A model generated the notes under the pieces. It searched no databases, had not been told where the DNA came from, and saw only the letters and a program-made list of their open reading frames with translations. Shown here piece by piece: positions 11,085 through 25,560 of a stretch of DNA of 64,000 nt. The DNA comes from Octopus sinensis (lineage: Eukaryota): positions 7,068,001 through 7,132,000 of the forward strand of contig NC_042999.1 in assembly GCF_006345805.1 (NCBI RefSeq). Reading direction: 5' to 3'. Positions within the stretch are counted from its first letter, which is position 1; the number at the start of each line of letters is the position of its first letter. The position numbers were made by a program, and so were the translations under genes.

Positions 11085-12180
11085 CTACTGGGAGTAACAA
11101 GAGGAAGGCAATGGTACATTTGCCTCTAATTAACCATTAATTAGGTATCTGCCACGTTTATCGTACTTTCAACAGAAATAACTGCGAAAGAGTTATACAA
11201 CTCCCTATACCAGAAGTCCTTAATGCCTGATGAGCAGAGAGGCTGTCGATTAAAAAGAAGTAGGTGGACGGGAAACCAATAAGTCAATTAAAGATTGATA
11301 AGATGGTCGTGAGAAACTGCGGAAAGATTGACAAATTTATGCACCACGTGGCTCGATTTCAGAAAAGAGCACGACTTATAACAACTCTCATGGAGCAAGT
11401 TATACCGGGAACTGTTTAGGATCTCGGTAAACGTTAGATCCCTGTTATAAATTGAAGAGTAGAGTGGATGGGAAAGATTATCAGGTGTGTAGGGGAGAAG
11501 TACCTTTCAAGGAAACAGCTTCTGTCCTATGTGGTTTGCAATTGCCCTGATCACTTTTTTAATTTCACGGAATAAATATAGGGACCAATACGTATTTGGA
11601 GAGAATAGAGTCGAGTGGAGTGTTCATTTATGGATGGTTTAAAGATTTATGACAGGCAGGAATTAACTGGATTCCTTAGTGTAAAACGTAAAAATGTTTT
11701 TCAGCAACGTGGAGATGGCATTAGGAATTGAGGATTTTGCTATAATATAAATGAAACGGGGGAAATTGGTAAAATTATTGGAATTGATCTACTTTATGTT
11801 GCGATGTCGAAGAAATGCATAGATATCTGAAAATAGTAGATAGTGAAAAATATAAGAAATGTAGAAATGAATGCCATCTTGATAAAGAATATTTCTGTGG
11901 AATGAAAATTTGAAAATCCGAATAGAATGCAGGATATATGATAATAACAACTAATTTGCGGGCAATACAACTAATAAGGTATGATGCTGGGTTTATTGAA
12001 TGGGAGAAGGATGAGCTGAAGGCTATGATAACAATAGAGATACAAAGATACAAATTGGCTGTGGACCGGAACCAGAACCAAAAAGAACTGAAGGAAGATG
12101 GTTAATGAATGTGAGAGATGCGGTAAAGAAAACTAGTCTCGGTTTCCATCTAGAAAAGTTCTTTTTGAGGCGTTACTAGA
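11085..12180 (+). pseudogene. R4/Dong-like non-LTR RT fragment, heavily degraded
   Basis: Motifs across frames: PDEQRGCR, QLKIDKMV, FQGNSFCPMWFAIAL, FMDGLKIY, AGFIEWEKDELKAM. Confidence 0.7.
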
Positions 12181-12624
12181 GAACTATTTACAAAGTTTGG
12201 CCGCAGTCAGGGTTCGGAGAATTGAATACGGACATAATCAATCCAATCCCTCGTTACACAGGGGGGACACAGTACAATGAAGAGGAAAGAGCGAGACAAG
12301 GAGTTGAGAATGTAACGATGCATGTAATAGGAGAGTTAATAGGAGCCAACTGGAATGGAGAAGAGCCCAAATATGGATATATTGTAACTCCGAAGTCCCG
12401 TTGTTTTAAAACCGTTTCGCCATGCTGGACGGGGTGAAGGAGGTGGTTCTGTAATGTAGTGGGGAGCCATTCATCGAGTTTCTGTCATTTCCTTTGTGAG
12501 GTTCAGTTTCTTGTGATTAACCTTCAGCGTACATTCCAAAGTTTCCTTGAACGAAGTCTTAGATCCTTCAAATTAGAGCGATCTGCGTTTATTGGCTTCA
12601 AATTTTGGTACAAAGCAAAGCCAT

Positions 12625-12722
12625 TTCAGGGGATAGGTTAAGTTGATTCCATTGACTCCAATGCTCAACTGGTTCTTATTTTATCGACCCCGAAAGGATG
12701 AAAGGTAAAGTCGATCTCGGCG
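12625..12722 (-). mobile_element. SINE-B fragment
   Basis: atcgaccccgaaaggatgaaagg…gtcgatctcggc. Confidence 0.7.
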
Positions 12723-12734
12723 TATGAATAGCAA

Positions 12735-13080
12735 AATTGGCTCCGAAAGGCTATAACACCAAAATGGTGGGACGAAATAAAGGAAATGTCAATTCACAGC
12801 CATATGATAGAAGAAGGCTTGCTCTTCCTTCTGTAGAAGAAAAATTCAAATCGGACCATATTAACACCGAAAATTATTTACATCAAAAAGGTGCTTTTTT
12901 TCTATGAAAATTCCTAATTTTTACGATTTTTTGACTGCTGTGTCGCCATTTTTCGGTGTATTTCAACCAGAAAATTTTCACTTAAAGAGCAAGCGACATA
13001 ATGCAAAATTTTTAGTTTTCAAAATTCCAATTCTAAAGGGTCAAAACAAACCCGAGTATGCCGGGCGATACTGCTTGTCA
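12735..13080 (+). mobile_element. Helitron family copy, diverged 3' end
   Basis: Shares body with 19893-20294; ends cccgagtatgccgggcgatactgcttgt. Confidence 0.7.
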
Positions 13081-13261
13081 TAGCATGAAACAGGAGAAAT
13101 ATCTTAGTAAGGGTAACTTATAAAATTTGATGCATGGCCGGTTCGTAATTACTGGCAGACATTAAACTTGGATTTCAAAAGAATGTAATTGTGAGGTATT
13201 TTAACCGCAATTCATCCGATTCCCTTAGAAATACTTTAGCTGAACATCGTATATACAATTA

Positions 13262-13590
13262 CTGGCACTCCGTCGGTTACGACGACGAGGGTACCAGTTG
13301 ATCCGATCAACGGAACAGCTTGCTTCTGAAATTAACGTACAAGTGTCTGAGCACTCCACAGACACGTGTAACCTTAATGTAGTTCTCAGGGATAATCGGC
13401 GCGACACAGAATGTGACATGGCTTGTCCCTTTGAATTACATGTATAATTAATTTCTGTTAGCTGATCGGATTGTGGTAACATGAAATAAAATGCCCTGCG
13501 CAAGGAGACAACACACAGCCGGGAATCGAACACACAACCGTAACGATCGGGAGTCGAACACCTTGACCACCAAACCACGCGCCTTCACGG
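13262..13590 (-). mobile_element. SINE-C (head 2 + CORE-like segment + tail 1)
   Basis: tRNA-like head ggcgcgtggtttggtggtcaagg…gttcgattccc; tail gttgatcggatcaac…gtcgtaaccgacggagtgcc. Confidence 0.8.
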
Positions 13591-13609
13591 CATACACCAC
13601 GTTTAAGTA

Positions 13610-14005
13610 TCTTTTACTCTTTTACTTGTTTCAGTTATTTGACTGTGGCCATGCTGGAGCACCGCCTTTAGTCGAGCAAATCGACCCCAGGACTTATTCT
13701 TTGTAAGCCTAGTACTTATTCTATCGGTCTCTTTTGCTGTACCGCTAAGTTATGGGGACGTAAACACACCAGTATCGGTTGTCAAGCGATGTTGGGGGGA
13801 CAAACACAGACACACAAACATACACACGCACACATATACATATATACGACGGGCTTCTTTTCAGTTTCCGTCTACCAAATCCACTCACAAGGCTTTGGTC
13901 GGCCCGAGGCTATAGTAGAAGACACTTGCACAAGGTACCACGCAGTGGGACTGAACCCGGAACCATGTGGTTGGTAAGCAAGCTACTTACCACACAGCCA
14001 CTCCT
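13610..14005 (-). mobile_element. SINE-A full length
   Basis: Reverse complement of head, body and tail. Confidence 0.9.
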
Positions 14006-14607
14006 AAATTTTTGTTGTTTAATGAATCGATATATTCGGATGAAGTTTAAGGAGACCGTTTATATATGAAAAATGAACGCCCAAAATAGAAAGACATTAT
14101 TCATAACTACGGCTGTTTTGTTGTCTATAAATTTATAACAACTTACTAAAAGGTTAGAAACTTTGAAAATTTAAATTGGAAATATAATAGGAAATTAATG
14201 AATCACATAATTTATACACTGGTTATCAAAACCATATAATGTATCTCTACAGAACTTATCTCATATAAATATATGCACGTGACCTAAGTATATACACCAA
14301 CAAATATATACATCACCGACGTTGGGTGATTCGTGTCTCCGAAAATTTTGAAATGCTTTCTGATTGAAAAGGTCCTCTATATTGATGGTGCTGAAGTTTG
14401 AAGAGGCCAAATCTCGCGAGAATCAGGCGAGAACGAAGATGGTGTATCAGAATAAGTGGAAAGAAGCGTGGAAGTTGCTGTTGAGTAAACGTGATAATAC
14501 GTTACTTATTTTATAAAAATACGCGCGTTTATATATATATATATATTTATACGTGTGTGTGTGTATACACACATATATTCATACGTGTATATGTATATGT
14601 GTATGAT

Positions 14608-14647
<40 letters not shown>

Positions 14648-14664
14648 GATGTTCGTGTTTGTTG

Positions 14665-14696
<32 letters not shown>

Positions 14697-14730
14697 GAAT
14701 GTATATATACATGCATGTATGTAGATATGC

Positions 14731-14817
<87 letters not shown>

Positions 14818-14886
14818 GGAGTAAACACATAAATGTGAAACAAGGTGGAAAAAAGAGTACTCAAATACCAGTGGTAGAGTAATATG

Positions 14887-14939
14887 CTTTATTTAAAGCA
14901 GCAGAAAATTCAATTGAATTTTCTGCTGCTTTAATAAAG
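14887..14939. repeat. Perfect 40-bp palindrome (14894-14933)
   Basis: taaagcagcagaaaattcaa|ttgaattttctgctgcttta, no spacer. Confidence 0.95.
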
Positions 14940-15487
14940 TATATATATATATTATATATATATATAATATATATATATATGTGTGTGTGTGAGTGTGTAT
15001 GCATGAATGTATGTATGCATGCGTCTAGTCCGATTTCTACAAGTCCCTTAGCATTCAGATAACTTACGTTGTTTTGAATTAATCATGCATTATCTCGTAG
15101 CTTCCAAATTTCTATGATGTAGAAAGGAAAAACAAAACGCGTGAGTTGGTTTTTAAGATATTTAGTTAACATCTGCTACGTACGTTTCATTAACACAAAA
15201 TGATTATTAGTTACATATGCAAATTACATAATAAATGCATAGTGTCAAATCGTCAGAGACTTGTAACTTCTGTATGTAACATTATTGGATGGACAATATG
15301 ATGATATCATCAGATATAGGCATCCATGGGGCTATGGTGACAGGTATATGTTGTTTGCCCATCTGTATAACATATATATATATATATATATATACGTGTA
15401 CACACATACGTACATGCATATATACAAACATACAATCAAACATAATACCTACATATATACATACATATGTACAATACATGCACACAT

Positions 15488-15700
15488 ACTGAGAAATCTG
15501 CAGTTACTCTATCCAGATTACAAGTTCAGGTTTATATCTGTAATTATTGGAGCCCTGTGATATGTAACACACTGCCTAAATATCGATCTTGAGGAATTAA
15601 GCTTCTCAGAACCAGAAAGGAGAAAACTGATTCGAAGGCTACAGATCAAATCCATCAGTGGAACTGTAAAAGTCTGTAAACCTTTCCAGAAGTTTATCAT
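15488..15700 (+). pseudogene. R4-like LINE C-terminal (restriction-like endonuclease end) fragment
   Basis: LRNLQLLYPDYKFRFISVIIGAL…RRLQIKSISGTVKVCK resembles the C-terminus of REL-type elements. Confidence 0.65.
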
Positions 15701-15805
15701 TTAAATATATATGAGCATGTCTAGATGTACAACTATCTCCACGTATGCGTACATACATACATACATACATACATACATACATACATCCATCCATCCATCC
15801 ATACA

Positions 15806-15841
<36 letters not shown>

Positions 15842-17108
15842 TGCGTGTGTTTGAGTGTGTGTGTTTGTTTACAGGCCAAGTTGAAATGAGCTCCTCTACT
15901 CGCGAATAAATGTTAATCTACTTTAATACTTATAAACACTTACCAAAACCTTATTATCTTGTCGCCCCATAATATCTCCAAGAACTTATTATTCAGTGTA
16001 CACCGATATAAATGAGACACGAAACTACAGAGTTTATCATAAGCGAAAGTCAATATTCAATGAGATACAAAATAGTCTGAGCAGTTATGTCGATTTGTTC
16101 TGTTTGAAACATATACCTGGGGTACGTATGAAATATGCAAAGAAATGTGTTTGACTAAGCACCTATCTTTAGCTAAATCTGTTCTCTAAATATATGGACG
16201 CTCGGACGTACACACACACACTCACACACAGACACACACACAGAGACAGACAAACACACATGTCTATATTATCTCTAAAATCGCTGATCTGTGGCTAAAC
16301 CTGTTTCCTATATACATACACATACATATGTATATACATATTTCGTTATAAAAGCGGACATGTTATAGTATAAGGACAGACAAGTTAGTTTGTGTATATA
16401 AGACTTGCTGTTGTCTTGTATTTATTTTAAAAGAATATTAATAATATATTCCACTGATGTGATGTATTAGCTTTTCATATAACTTGCAGGAAAATTTGTT
16501 TTGTAATTACTTTTTGAGTATTTTAATTAAATTGCGATATTAAACCGAAAATACTGTTTAGTGTTTTATATTAAGAAACTAAAGAATTTCTAAAGTGGCT
16601 GAAGCAGTAGAAAAGCGAGCCTATTAGATTAGACCATTATATTTCTGCAATAACGAAATTCTAAAATAAACGAAAATAAAATCATATTAAAATAATCTGA
16701 GCTAAAAATAACGAAGCGTTGCATCCTTTATATACGACTTTTTCAGTAGAAAAGCAACGCCCTCTATTAAGCATCTGGACCCAATTACGGATGTTTTGTA
16801 TGTAATTAGAATATTTAAATGAACATCGGCAGTCACTATACCATAAAAAGCGTTATGTACGACAGCCTTCGAGATTACGCTATAAAACATTAATGCGCAT
16901 ACAATGTACAAGAATAATGGTCTATTTTTCCTGCACAGGCAGCCATATTAGATGAATAGGCATTTCAAGAAAAAACACCGTCTGTAGACAGGACATAAAT
17001 TACTTGGAATTGCGACCAAAGTTTTGGAATGAAAAAGAAAGAATAAAGAACGTTTCAACCGACCATTACGCATTTCAAGTTGCAACGTAATAATATTAGA
17101 GATAAAAT

Positions 17109-17341
17109 ATGGCAGCGAGCTGGCAGAATCGTTAGCACGCCGGGCGAAATGCTTTGTGGTATTTCGCCTGCAGTTACGTTCTGAGTTCAAATTCCGCCGA
17201 GGTCGACTTTGCCTTTCATCCTTCCGGGGTCGATAAATTAAGTACCAGTTACGCACTGGGGTCGATGTAATCGACTTAATACCTATGTCTGTCCTTGTTT
17301 GTCCCCTCTATTTTTAACCCCTTGTGGGCAATAAAGAAATA
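17109..17341 (+). mobile_element. SINE-B monomer
   Basis: Head, B-box, body, aaagaaata end. Confidence 0.9.
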
Positions 17342-17443
17342 ATAATGATATTCACATATGTGTGTGTATGAATGTATGTACGTACCTCTGTCTGTCTGTC
17401 TGTATGTATGTACGTATGTATGTATGTTTGCGTTGTGAGTATT

Positions 17444-17680
17444 AGGAAAAATGCCGTAAGAATTTGGACTAGACTCACCCCTAGTTTCGGACCCAGTTCC
17501 CAACAGGAGGACAGCCGCCACCTGCCGTACGGTCTACAGGCAGGGATAGGGGCCCATCCCACCTCCGGGAAGTGGGAACGTAGCGTACGCCACAGACCCG
17601 CCGGCGCTTGCCGACTCTCCCGCATTGGGATCCCCGCAAGTAGCCCCTCTTCAACTTGTCTCGAGCTGCTATCATAAAAA
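17444..17680 (-). other. Unassigned GC-rich segment ending in a (CATA)n tract; possible retroposon 3' end
   Basis: Sharp GC-rich island in an AT-rich background; the minus strand runs into (ACAT)n. Confidence 0.3.
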
Positions 17681-18266
17681 GAAAACTGTTTACGGTTTCA
17701 ATTTTTATAAGATGTTTACGGTTTCAATTTTTATAACAATATTTAATCATGGAAACGAAGAAAGGGAAGCGAATCGCAAATTAAATTAAACTTTTATAAT
17801 AACACCAATGGAAGATCATATATATATATATATATATATGAGTTTAGAGGGATATATTCTTCGGGCAGATATCGTGGTAGGTCTCAGTTATGTTCCAGGT
17901 TGCGTCTCAAACTGGTTGAAAGAACCTGAACGAAGCTGCACAGGAAGTTATGTCTAGTTGCTTATACAACTGGCCATACTCTGTGCAACAGAAACACGTG
18001 TTGGTCGTCGCAACCATAAAATATGCTGTATGATATACCGTAAAATAAAAAGAAAGAAATTTCGAGGATGTACCAATCTCCATATTCTTAATCGTTATAT
18101 TCATTGCTTATATATTTGAGGGACAGAATACACTACGTAGTCGTCAAGGGATTTAAACTTGAGCAGGTAGAGAAGTAAATGTAAAGATAAAGAAGTCAGG
18201 CAGGTCAATATACAAAATATATCAAATAAATTTAATACAAATAATGTTTATATGTTAACGTATATT

Positions 18267-18305
<39 letters not shown>

Positions 18306-19009
18306 AATTAGGATATACAAGTTTATATTATGATTTGTTCCTACGTACGTTTCCTCATTGTTGTTGCTTTGGAACTCTGATTTGGAGTTTTCGAGTGCGA
18401 TTGGATGCTTAAAGGCAACGGATCATCAGGGTAGATTTTACTGTCTTATAATACAGAGAACTAATGTCTAGACTTTTTATTAGTAATTTTAGAAGAAGGT
18501 AGAAAGAGATTAAGAAACATGAGTAGGGGAGAGAAAAAAACTGAGAAAAGGAAGACAGAATAGAGAATTAGAAGAAAGAAGACAGAGAAAAGGAACGAGA
18601 GAAAATATGAAGAGAGAGAAAAAACAATAAAGAAAAAAAAGAATAAAGAAAGCAAGAAAAATGTAAGTCGAACAATTATAAAAGGGAGCAGACGAAAATA
18701 TAAACAAAATGGTAAAGTGAAATGAATATATAAATAAATGAATAAATAAATATACCGGAAAGAAAGGGAGAGAGGGAAAGAGTAAGATAAGAATGTATAG
18801 TGAGAGGGGGGGAAGTAGGAGGAGTTATGAAAAAAGAGAAGTCTGTTAAATGTGAGTCAGTTTAACATAAGTGACTGAAACCGAAAGAGTTTGGCAAATG
18901 AATAGAAAACATTAATATATATACATCATTATGAATAGGTTGTGACCCCCACAGAAGAGAAGTGTCCAAAGGTTATTCTGTAGATTTCAAAAATACTATT
19001 TCTTAAACA

Positions 19010-19620
19010 GACACATACATCCATGCGCGCGCGCGCACACACACACACACACACACGCGCGCACGCACACACACACGTCCACACACGCACACACACACAC
19101 ACACACGCGCACAGAGAAAAACACACACCTTATTTAGGCACGAAAGTATACATTCATAGACATATACTCGCATTCAAATGCGCATAAATACACAAACTCA
19201 TCCATACACGCACATTATACACACACACACATTATATACACACACACATGTATACACACACACGCACACACATAGAGAACCACACACAGAGAAACACACA
19301 CACACACACCTTATTTAGACACAAAAGTATAGATTTATAGACATATACTCGCATGCAGAAGCTCGTACACACACATTCATCCGCACACACACACACACAC
19401 ACACATACACACATACACACATACGCATGCACACACACACACACATGCACGCACAAACAGAGAAACACACACACACCATATTTGGGCAGAAAAGTATAGA
19501 TTCTTAGACTTATACTCGCATGCAGAAACGCATACACACACGCACACATTCATCCATACACGCACATTATACACACACACACACGCATGCTCACGCACGC
19601 ACGCACACACGTTTGTATGT
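19010..19620 (+). repeat. CA-rich satellite, three ~175-bp units
   Basis: cacaccttatttag…aaagtata…agacatatactcgcat recurs near 19125, 19307 and 19474. Confidence 0.8.
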
Positions 19621-19892
19621 CTGTTGATAACATCTCGAAGAAGCTGCTTCCTTTCAGCACGCCAAATTGAATGGATCTTTGTCCAGGAGGAACTGACGTC
19701 ATCACACGGCATCCACCGATCGTCAGGCATTTCGACCCTGAACCAAAACACGATACTGTCGGTGGGTCAACAGAGGTGGCCACTTCCAGATTAACTCCTC
19801 TCCATAAGCAGCTCTTCCTTCTGTCTTTTCTCATCCCACGCTCAGCCATTCTTCGCTCCGTTTCTTTCATTCCAATGACGGATCAGTGAATA

Positions 19893-20294
19893 TCTATGTT
19901 TGGAAACTGAAGAAAAGTACTCTCTCCATCAAGTTGGCAGGTTTGGTAGCCTTCAACTAACACTATCTCCTCCGAGACGCTGTGGTGCAAGTTGACCAAA
20001 ATTGAGAGTATGATAGAAGAAGGCTTGCTCTTCAGTCCGTAGAACAAAAATTCAAATCCGACCATGTTAACACCGAAAATTATTTACATTAAAAAGGTGC
20101 TTTTTTTCTATGAAAATTCCTATTTTTTACGATTTTTTGACTGCTGTGTCGCCATTTTTCAGTGTATTTCAACCAGAAAAATGTTCACTTAAAGAGAATA
20201 ACAAGAAGCTACAGAATGCACAATTTTTACTTTTCAAAAATTCCAATGCTAAAGGGTCGAAACAAACCCGAGCAACGCCGGGCGATACTGCTAG
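19893..20294 (+). mobile_element. Non-autonomous Helitron
   Basis: Ends cccgagcaacgccgggcgatactgCTAG|T; body shared with 60945-61499. Confidence 0.8.
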
Positions 20295-20857
20295 TTATGA
20301 TAAAACATAACATTTCTCACATCGTAACTGAAATTTATAATTTTAATTTCAGAAATGAACTCGTCAAAAATAGTGACAGCATAGTGTACGTTATATATTA
20401 TTATATTCTTTAGTTTGTTCCACAAGAATCATGATACTCAGAGTTTGGACCTAAGAAGCTTCGGTTTCTATCAAGCACACATAGACAAATGTGCGAGCAC
20501 GCATGTGCATGCACACATACATACATGCACGCATGCATACATGCACACGCAACCGTGGATTAACGAGGACACACCATCATTGGAAGATAGCAATTAGCGA
20601 CGGATGAAAAAATTTCGACTAAATCGCTGATTTATTGATCAAAGGATTAGTCAAGCAATCGTTTAGTTGACTGGATAATTTGTTAATTAGCTGATTAATA
20701 ATATTAATAATATAATGAGCGAAACAGAAGCAGTAACTGTGTTTGAATTGGTAACCCCCGAACCCCTACTCAGTGTTCTGCAATATATTTATTCCCAAAC
20801 AGGATTTGATGTTGAGAATCTTGCAAAACGAATACAAAAATGAATTGTACACACACA

Positions 20858-20901
<44 letters not shown>

Positions 20902-21054
20902 TCACGTATACATGTGTCTGTGTATGTGTGCATGACATCAACCGTGAGTTTATGTTCACAGACCGAACGTCGTGTCAAATAATTTTTCATTTCTCTTAGT
21001 GTCCGTTCACTTACATAAGCGAACTACATACATCCATAAACGCACACACAGACA

Positions 21055-21105
<51 letters not shown>

Positions 21106-21801
21106 ACACACGCCCGCACACATTTCTCTACGAACGTATGTAAATGTATATAAACAGACGTATTTGTTAATTGATTAGACTTTATTGGTGAAATTCATTA
21201 CAAACAAAGTTGAGAAGATTGAGACAAAATTTAATATGGAAAGAAACGAAGAGGTGCAGAGAAAAGAATGAAAGACGGACGTAGAAATGAAAGGAGGTAA
21301 ATTGGAGGAGGGAGAAAGACTGATGGAATTGTGGTGAATATGTAAAACTTTAATAAAAGAATAGTAATTCATTTAGACATCATAATCCTTAAAGAGAAGA
21401 CTAAGATTTATTGAAGAGAATGACGGAGCAATTTCTTATAGTTTAAATATCAGCCATAAATCTGTCGGTCTTTTATAACACAACAGAACAACCACAATAA
21501 ATATCGTTGTAAAACGCTGGAGATTAACGAAGCTAATGTTAAAATTAAATGCAGACAAGATAATAACACAATCTAATTCCTCGTGGCTAAGATATTCAAA
21601 ATCTCTTTTTATTTGCCCAATCTTGTAGATGCAGACTCATCTATTCTCCAGTGTTACATTGAATGGACCGTTTTAAATGTGAATGCTGTTAAAATGGCGG
21701 CGTGGGAGGAAGGTTTAATACATTAGTGGTTGCTAGACTATAGAAGTGCGTTTGTGGTGGATAGAACGAGAGATATTACTGAGACAGCGACACATCTAAT
21801 G

Positions 21802-21870
<69 letters not shown>

Positions 21871-21993
21871 TAATGGTCGGCAAAGAACTAAAGATTTCAT
21901 CTACATATATTTCGTCTAAATATCTGATGAAGTTATTGATCACAGTTTGATTTAATTATAAAATTGCATTACATATATTATATATTACATTCA

Positions 21994-22232
21994 TTGGCCT
22001 AGTGGTTAAAGTGTTGAACTCACGATCGCTAGATCGTGGGTTCGATTCTCAGACCGGGAAACGCGATGTGTTTTTGAACAATACACTTCATTTCACGTTG
22101 CTCAAGTCCCCACTTTCGATCGTGGGGGAATGTTGGCCTGCTCACCTAGCCGGCGGTGTGGCATCATTCGAAGGCTAAAATGATGCAAAAAGCGCATTAT
22201 GACCAGCGATGTAGAACAAAGTCACGTGACCA
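21994..22232 (+). mobile_element. SINE-C (head 2 + tail 2)
   Basis: ggcctagtggttaaag…ggttcgattctc; acttcatttcacgttgctc; tail tggcatcattcgaaggctaaaa…gaccagcgatg. Confidence 0.75.
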
Positions 22233-22937
22233 AATTGATTTTAGACACCATTGAAACAATAACAATAGGAGGAATTACAACCGTGTTTCGTGGTCTGCTA
22301 CCACAACAGCTCCTTTATAGGATCCAGTTAGCTCAAGATATCATCAGGAGGAACCACGTCCGGTTTCGGCCCCTACTCCTCTACCGTTTTGACGTGGTGG
22401 GGCCCCCACTTTCGGATGTGTCTTCTTTCTTCTGTTCCCTGGCTTCTTCGATGTAGCGTCAACGAGTGTCAGCGGGCGACTGACTAACTTGTCAAATTTT
22501 TTCCCTTTAAATATTTTCTGCTTCTGTTGGAAATTAGGGTTTATTTTGATGACACTTCGTCGGAATTCAGGTTGTAAAAGAAAAGATTCTTTTCTATCAA
22601 TAGCTCTCTGTGTAAAATACTTGATGAAAATACATGACGAACAGCCAAGTTATTTGCGCTTTTTCGTGATGTATTTGTATCGAGTGAGACACACAAATGG
22701 CTATATAGAGCTAATATTGTTTCACTGGCACATTACGAATATATATTCAGTCGGATGGATAAGTTCAACTTCAACGATTTCCCAGTCACTGTTTTCGTCA
22801 ATCAGAGACGATGGAGTTTGTCATAGCATGAATTTGTCAGTGGTTGCATGATGCTGACGGACCTCAAAACGGCAGAAGTGCGCGTTTCACTGAAATCAGT
22901 GTCAAAACCACTATCAGCAACATTCTTCTTTAAGAAT

Positions 22938-23290
22938 GTGGCTGTGTGGTAAGGAGCTTGCTTACCAACCACAAGATTCCGGGTTCAGTCTCACTGCGTG
23001 GCACCGCGAGCAAGTGTCTTCTACTATGGCCTCAGGACGACCAAAGCCTTGTGAGTTGATTTGGTAGACGGAAACTGAACATATATATACCGTCGTATAT
23101 ATATGTCTGTGTCTGTGTTCCCACCCCCCCCAACATTGCTTGACAACCAATGCTCCTTAACTTTGCAGTTCGGCAAAAATCCCCGATAGAATAATTACTA
23201 GGCTTAAAAAAATTAAGTCCTGGGGTCGATGTGTTCAACTAAAGGCGGTGCCCCAGCATGGCCGCAGTTAAAGGAATGATAAAAGGAATA
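22938..23290 (+). mobile_element. SINE-A
   Basis: Head, body and tail ggcggtgccccagcatggccgcag. Confidence 0.85.
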
Positions 23291-23657
23291 TGAATATATA
23301 TATATATTATCTAAAACAGTTTGATTCGGCTCCATGCGACTTAATGTTTTACGGGCCTCTAACAGAATCCCGTCTCTTTCAGGCTAAATAACAATTGGAC
23401 TCACCTCCACATGACTTAGATTCGTGGCCGAATAGAACGAGTCCATCTCATCAGAGTCTAGGAAAAGACTGCTCCTAGCCTATAATGAGTGTCCTTCGCA
23501 CAAACGAAACTTTAAGTCATATTGGGTAGAGTCAAATTGTTATAAAAATATATGAAACTACTATCAAATGTGTTGGGTGCTACTTTCACTTTCATGTATA
23601 TTCTTACTCGTATATGTACACACACACACACACACGCACACACACACATACACAAAT

Positions 23658-24081
23658 ATCTATTATATAAAATCCGTTCTGTCTATGTGTGTGTCTTCTG
23701 GGATCTCGGGCATCCTCCACACGATCGCGCTCAAATTTGATATATAGATACCGACGGTATCAGGGCGTATATAAGAGTCTTCAAAAAAAATTACAAAAAT
23801 CGATTCCAGGTGAGAATGCGATCGATAAAGCCATGGGAACGTGCATTTGTACGCGCAAGTACATCTTCTGTTGCGATCGATACTACGCGTACGCGAGAAA
23901 AATGCACGTACAGTTTGCGGAAAAAAGCCGGCCTGTTTAGTGTCACAAATGTAGGTTAAATCAGTTTTTCTCAAAGGGGAGGCCTATGGGACGGTCGGAC
24001 AAGTTGTTTTGAGAAAATTTGGTTTAAATGTTTGACAACTCAGCACCGTCCATTGGATGGGGGGGGGGGGCGTTTTGCTCG

Positions 24082-24082
<1 letters not shown>
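23658..24082 (+). mobile_element. Helitron-like element (different family)
   Basis: A|TCtattatataaaa start; terminal hairpin ccgtccattggatgg then ctcgt (variant of CTAG|T). Confidence 0.45.
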
Positions 24083-24126
<44 letters not shown>

Positions 24127-25422
24127 CATACTCACTCTTTAAATGGCAATAAATGCTTTGTTTATTAATTTAGAAACAAGCCAAATTGTTGGATGCAGTA
24201 ATAGATAAAAGCATATTTCCAAATGCGCGCACTGACGACCGCCGCTTTCCAAATACAGCCAATAACGCCGACCGATGGATTCAACAGCGTTACGAATCAT
24301 TTCAATTTGGAATTGCGGGGCATTGATCTTCAATTGACTATTTCAACTCATCGACTATTGCTAGGTTTGAGCCGTAAACCTTATCCTTTGAGATGCCCCG
24401 TCAAAAGAAGTGATTTGGAGTGAGGTGTAACAAACGCGCAGGGAAGTGAACATTGCTGCTTCGCTCAATCCATCTTTCCGGAAAAGCTGCATAACGATGG
24501 TTATGGGAAGGGGCTCTAAGTAACTCCCTTCGTCACCAAACAACTCTTCGACACATCCAACGACGGATTTCTGCAGTAATTTTCAGTAAACATCTCCAGT
24601 GGCAATTTAGTTAAAGAAAAAAAAAACAGAATCGCTCGTGGATGCCCACTGCTGATATCCCACACAACACTGTAACTCCTTGTAAGTTTAAACGGTGTTC
24701 ATAGTACTATGTGTAAACACGCATGGAGAATATAGCAAATATATTTAGAAATAGTCTTCCCATTTGTAAAATCCTAGTAGACATCCTAGTATCAATTGAT
24801 TTCGTTTTCTGTGCCGAATGAACACTTAAAGCTCATCAGTGTGTTTTTACATATAATGAGATTTCCGTGGTTTTGGAGAGATTTGAATCGTCTTACTATC
24901 AAACAGGTGAATATTGTAGCCTGGCTTTTAGTAGATATTTTACATACTTGGATTATGTTTGCTGGCCACTTTATCACTATCTTTTAAAAGATAATGGTAA
25001 CTTATTTGAATTTTGAATACATATGTGTGCGTGCGTGTGCGAGTGTATACGTATTGAATATAATGATTTATGATTTTTGACAGTGAAAAGCACACCGGTA
25101 GAATGCTAAGGTTAATAGTATTACAAGAGAACATAAAAGATTCAAAACAAGTTACGATATTGAAATAAATGCATGACGGATTACACGGAGGTAGTTTATA
25201 AAAGGCTGCGTTGAGATAATTTGACAAACGGCGCAAGTCCGAAAGTTATAGAAAAGATTTAAGGATACGTAATAAGTTATAACAACGCAAAAGTGTGTAG
25301 AAATGACTATTGAATACATACATAGATGCGCAAAATACATACATATATATATGTATGTATATTATATATATATATATATACATACCACAACGTATTTTAT
25401 TTATATATATGCATATATATAC

Positions 25423-25454
<32 letters not shown>

Positions 25455-25463
25455 ATCTATATA

Positions 25464-25556
<93 letters not shown>

Positions 25557-25560
<4 letters not shown>

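Noticed and set aside
11226-11260. CUGAUGA motif
   Set aside because: It encodes PDEQ of the R4-like RT; no GAAA partner.
19640-19890. GC-richer segment with a gaccc/gggtc-GAAA hairpin
   Set aside because: No CUGANGA core and no recognisable peptide; left unassigned.
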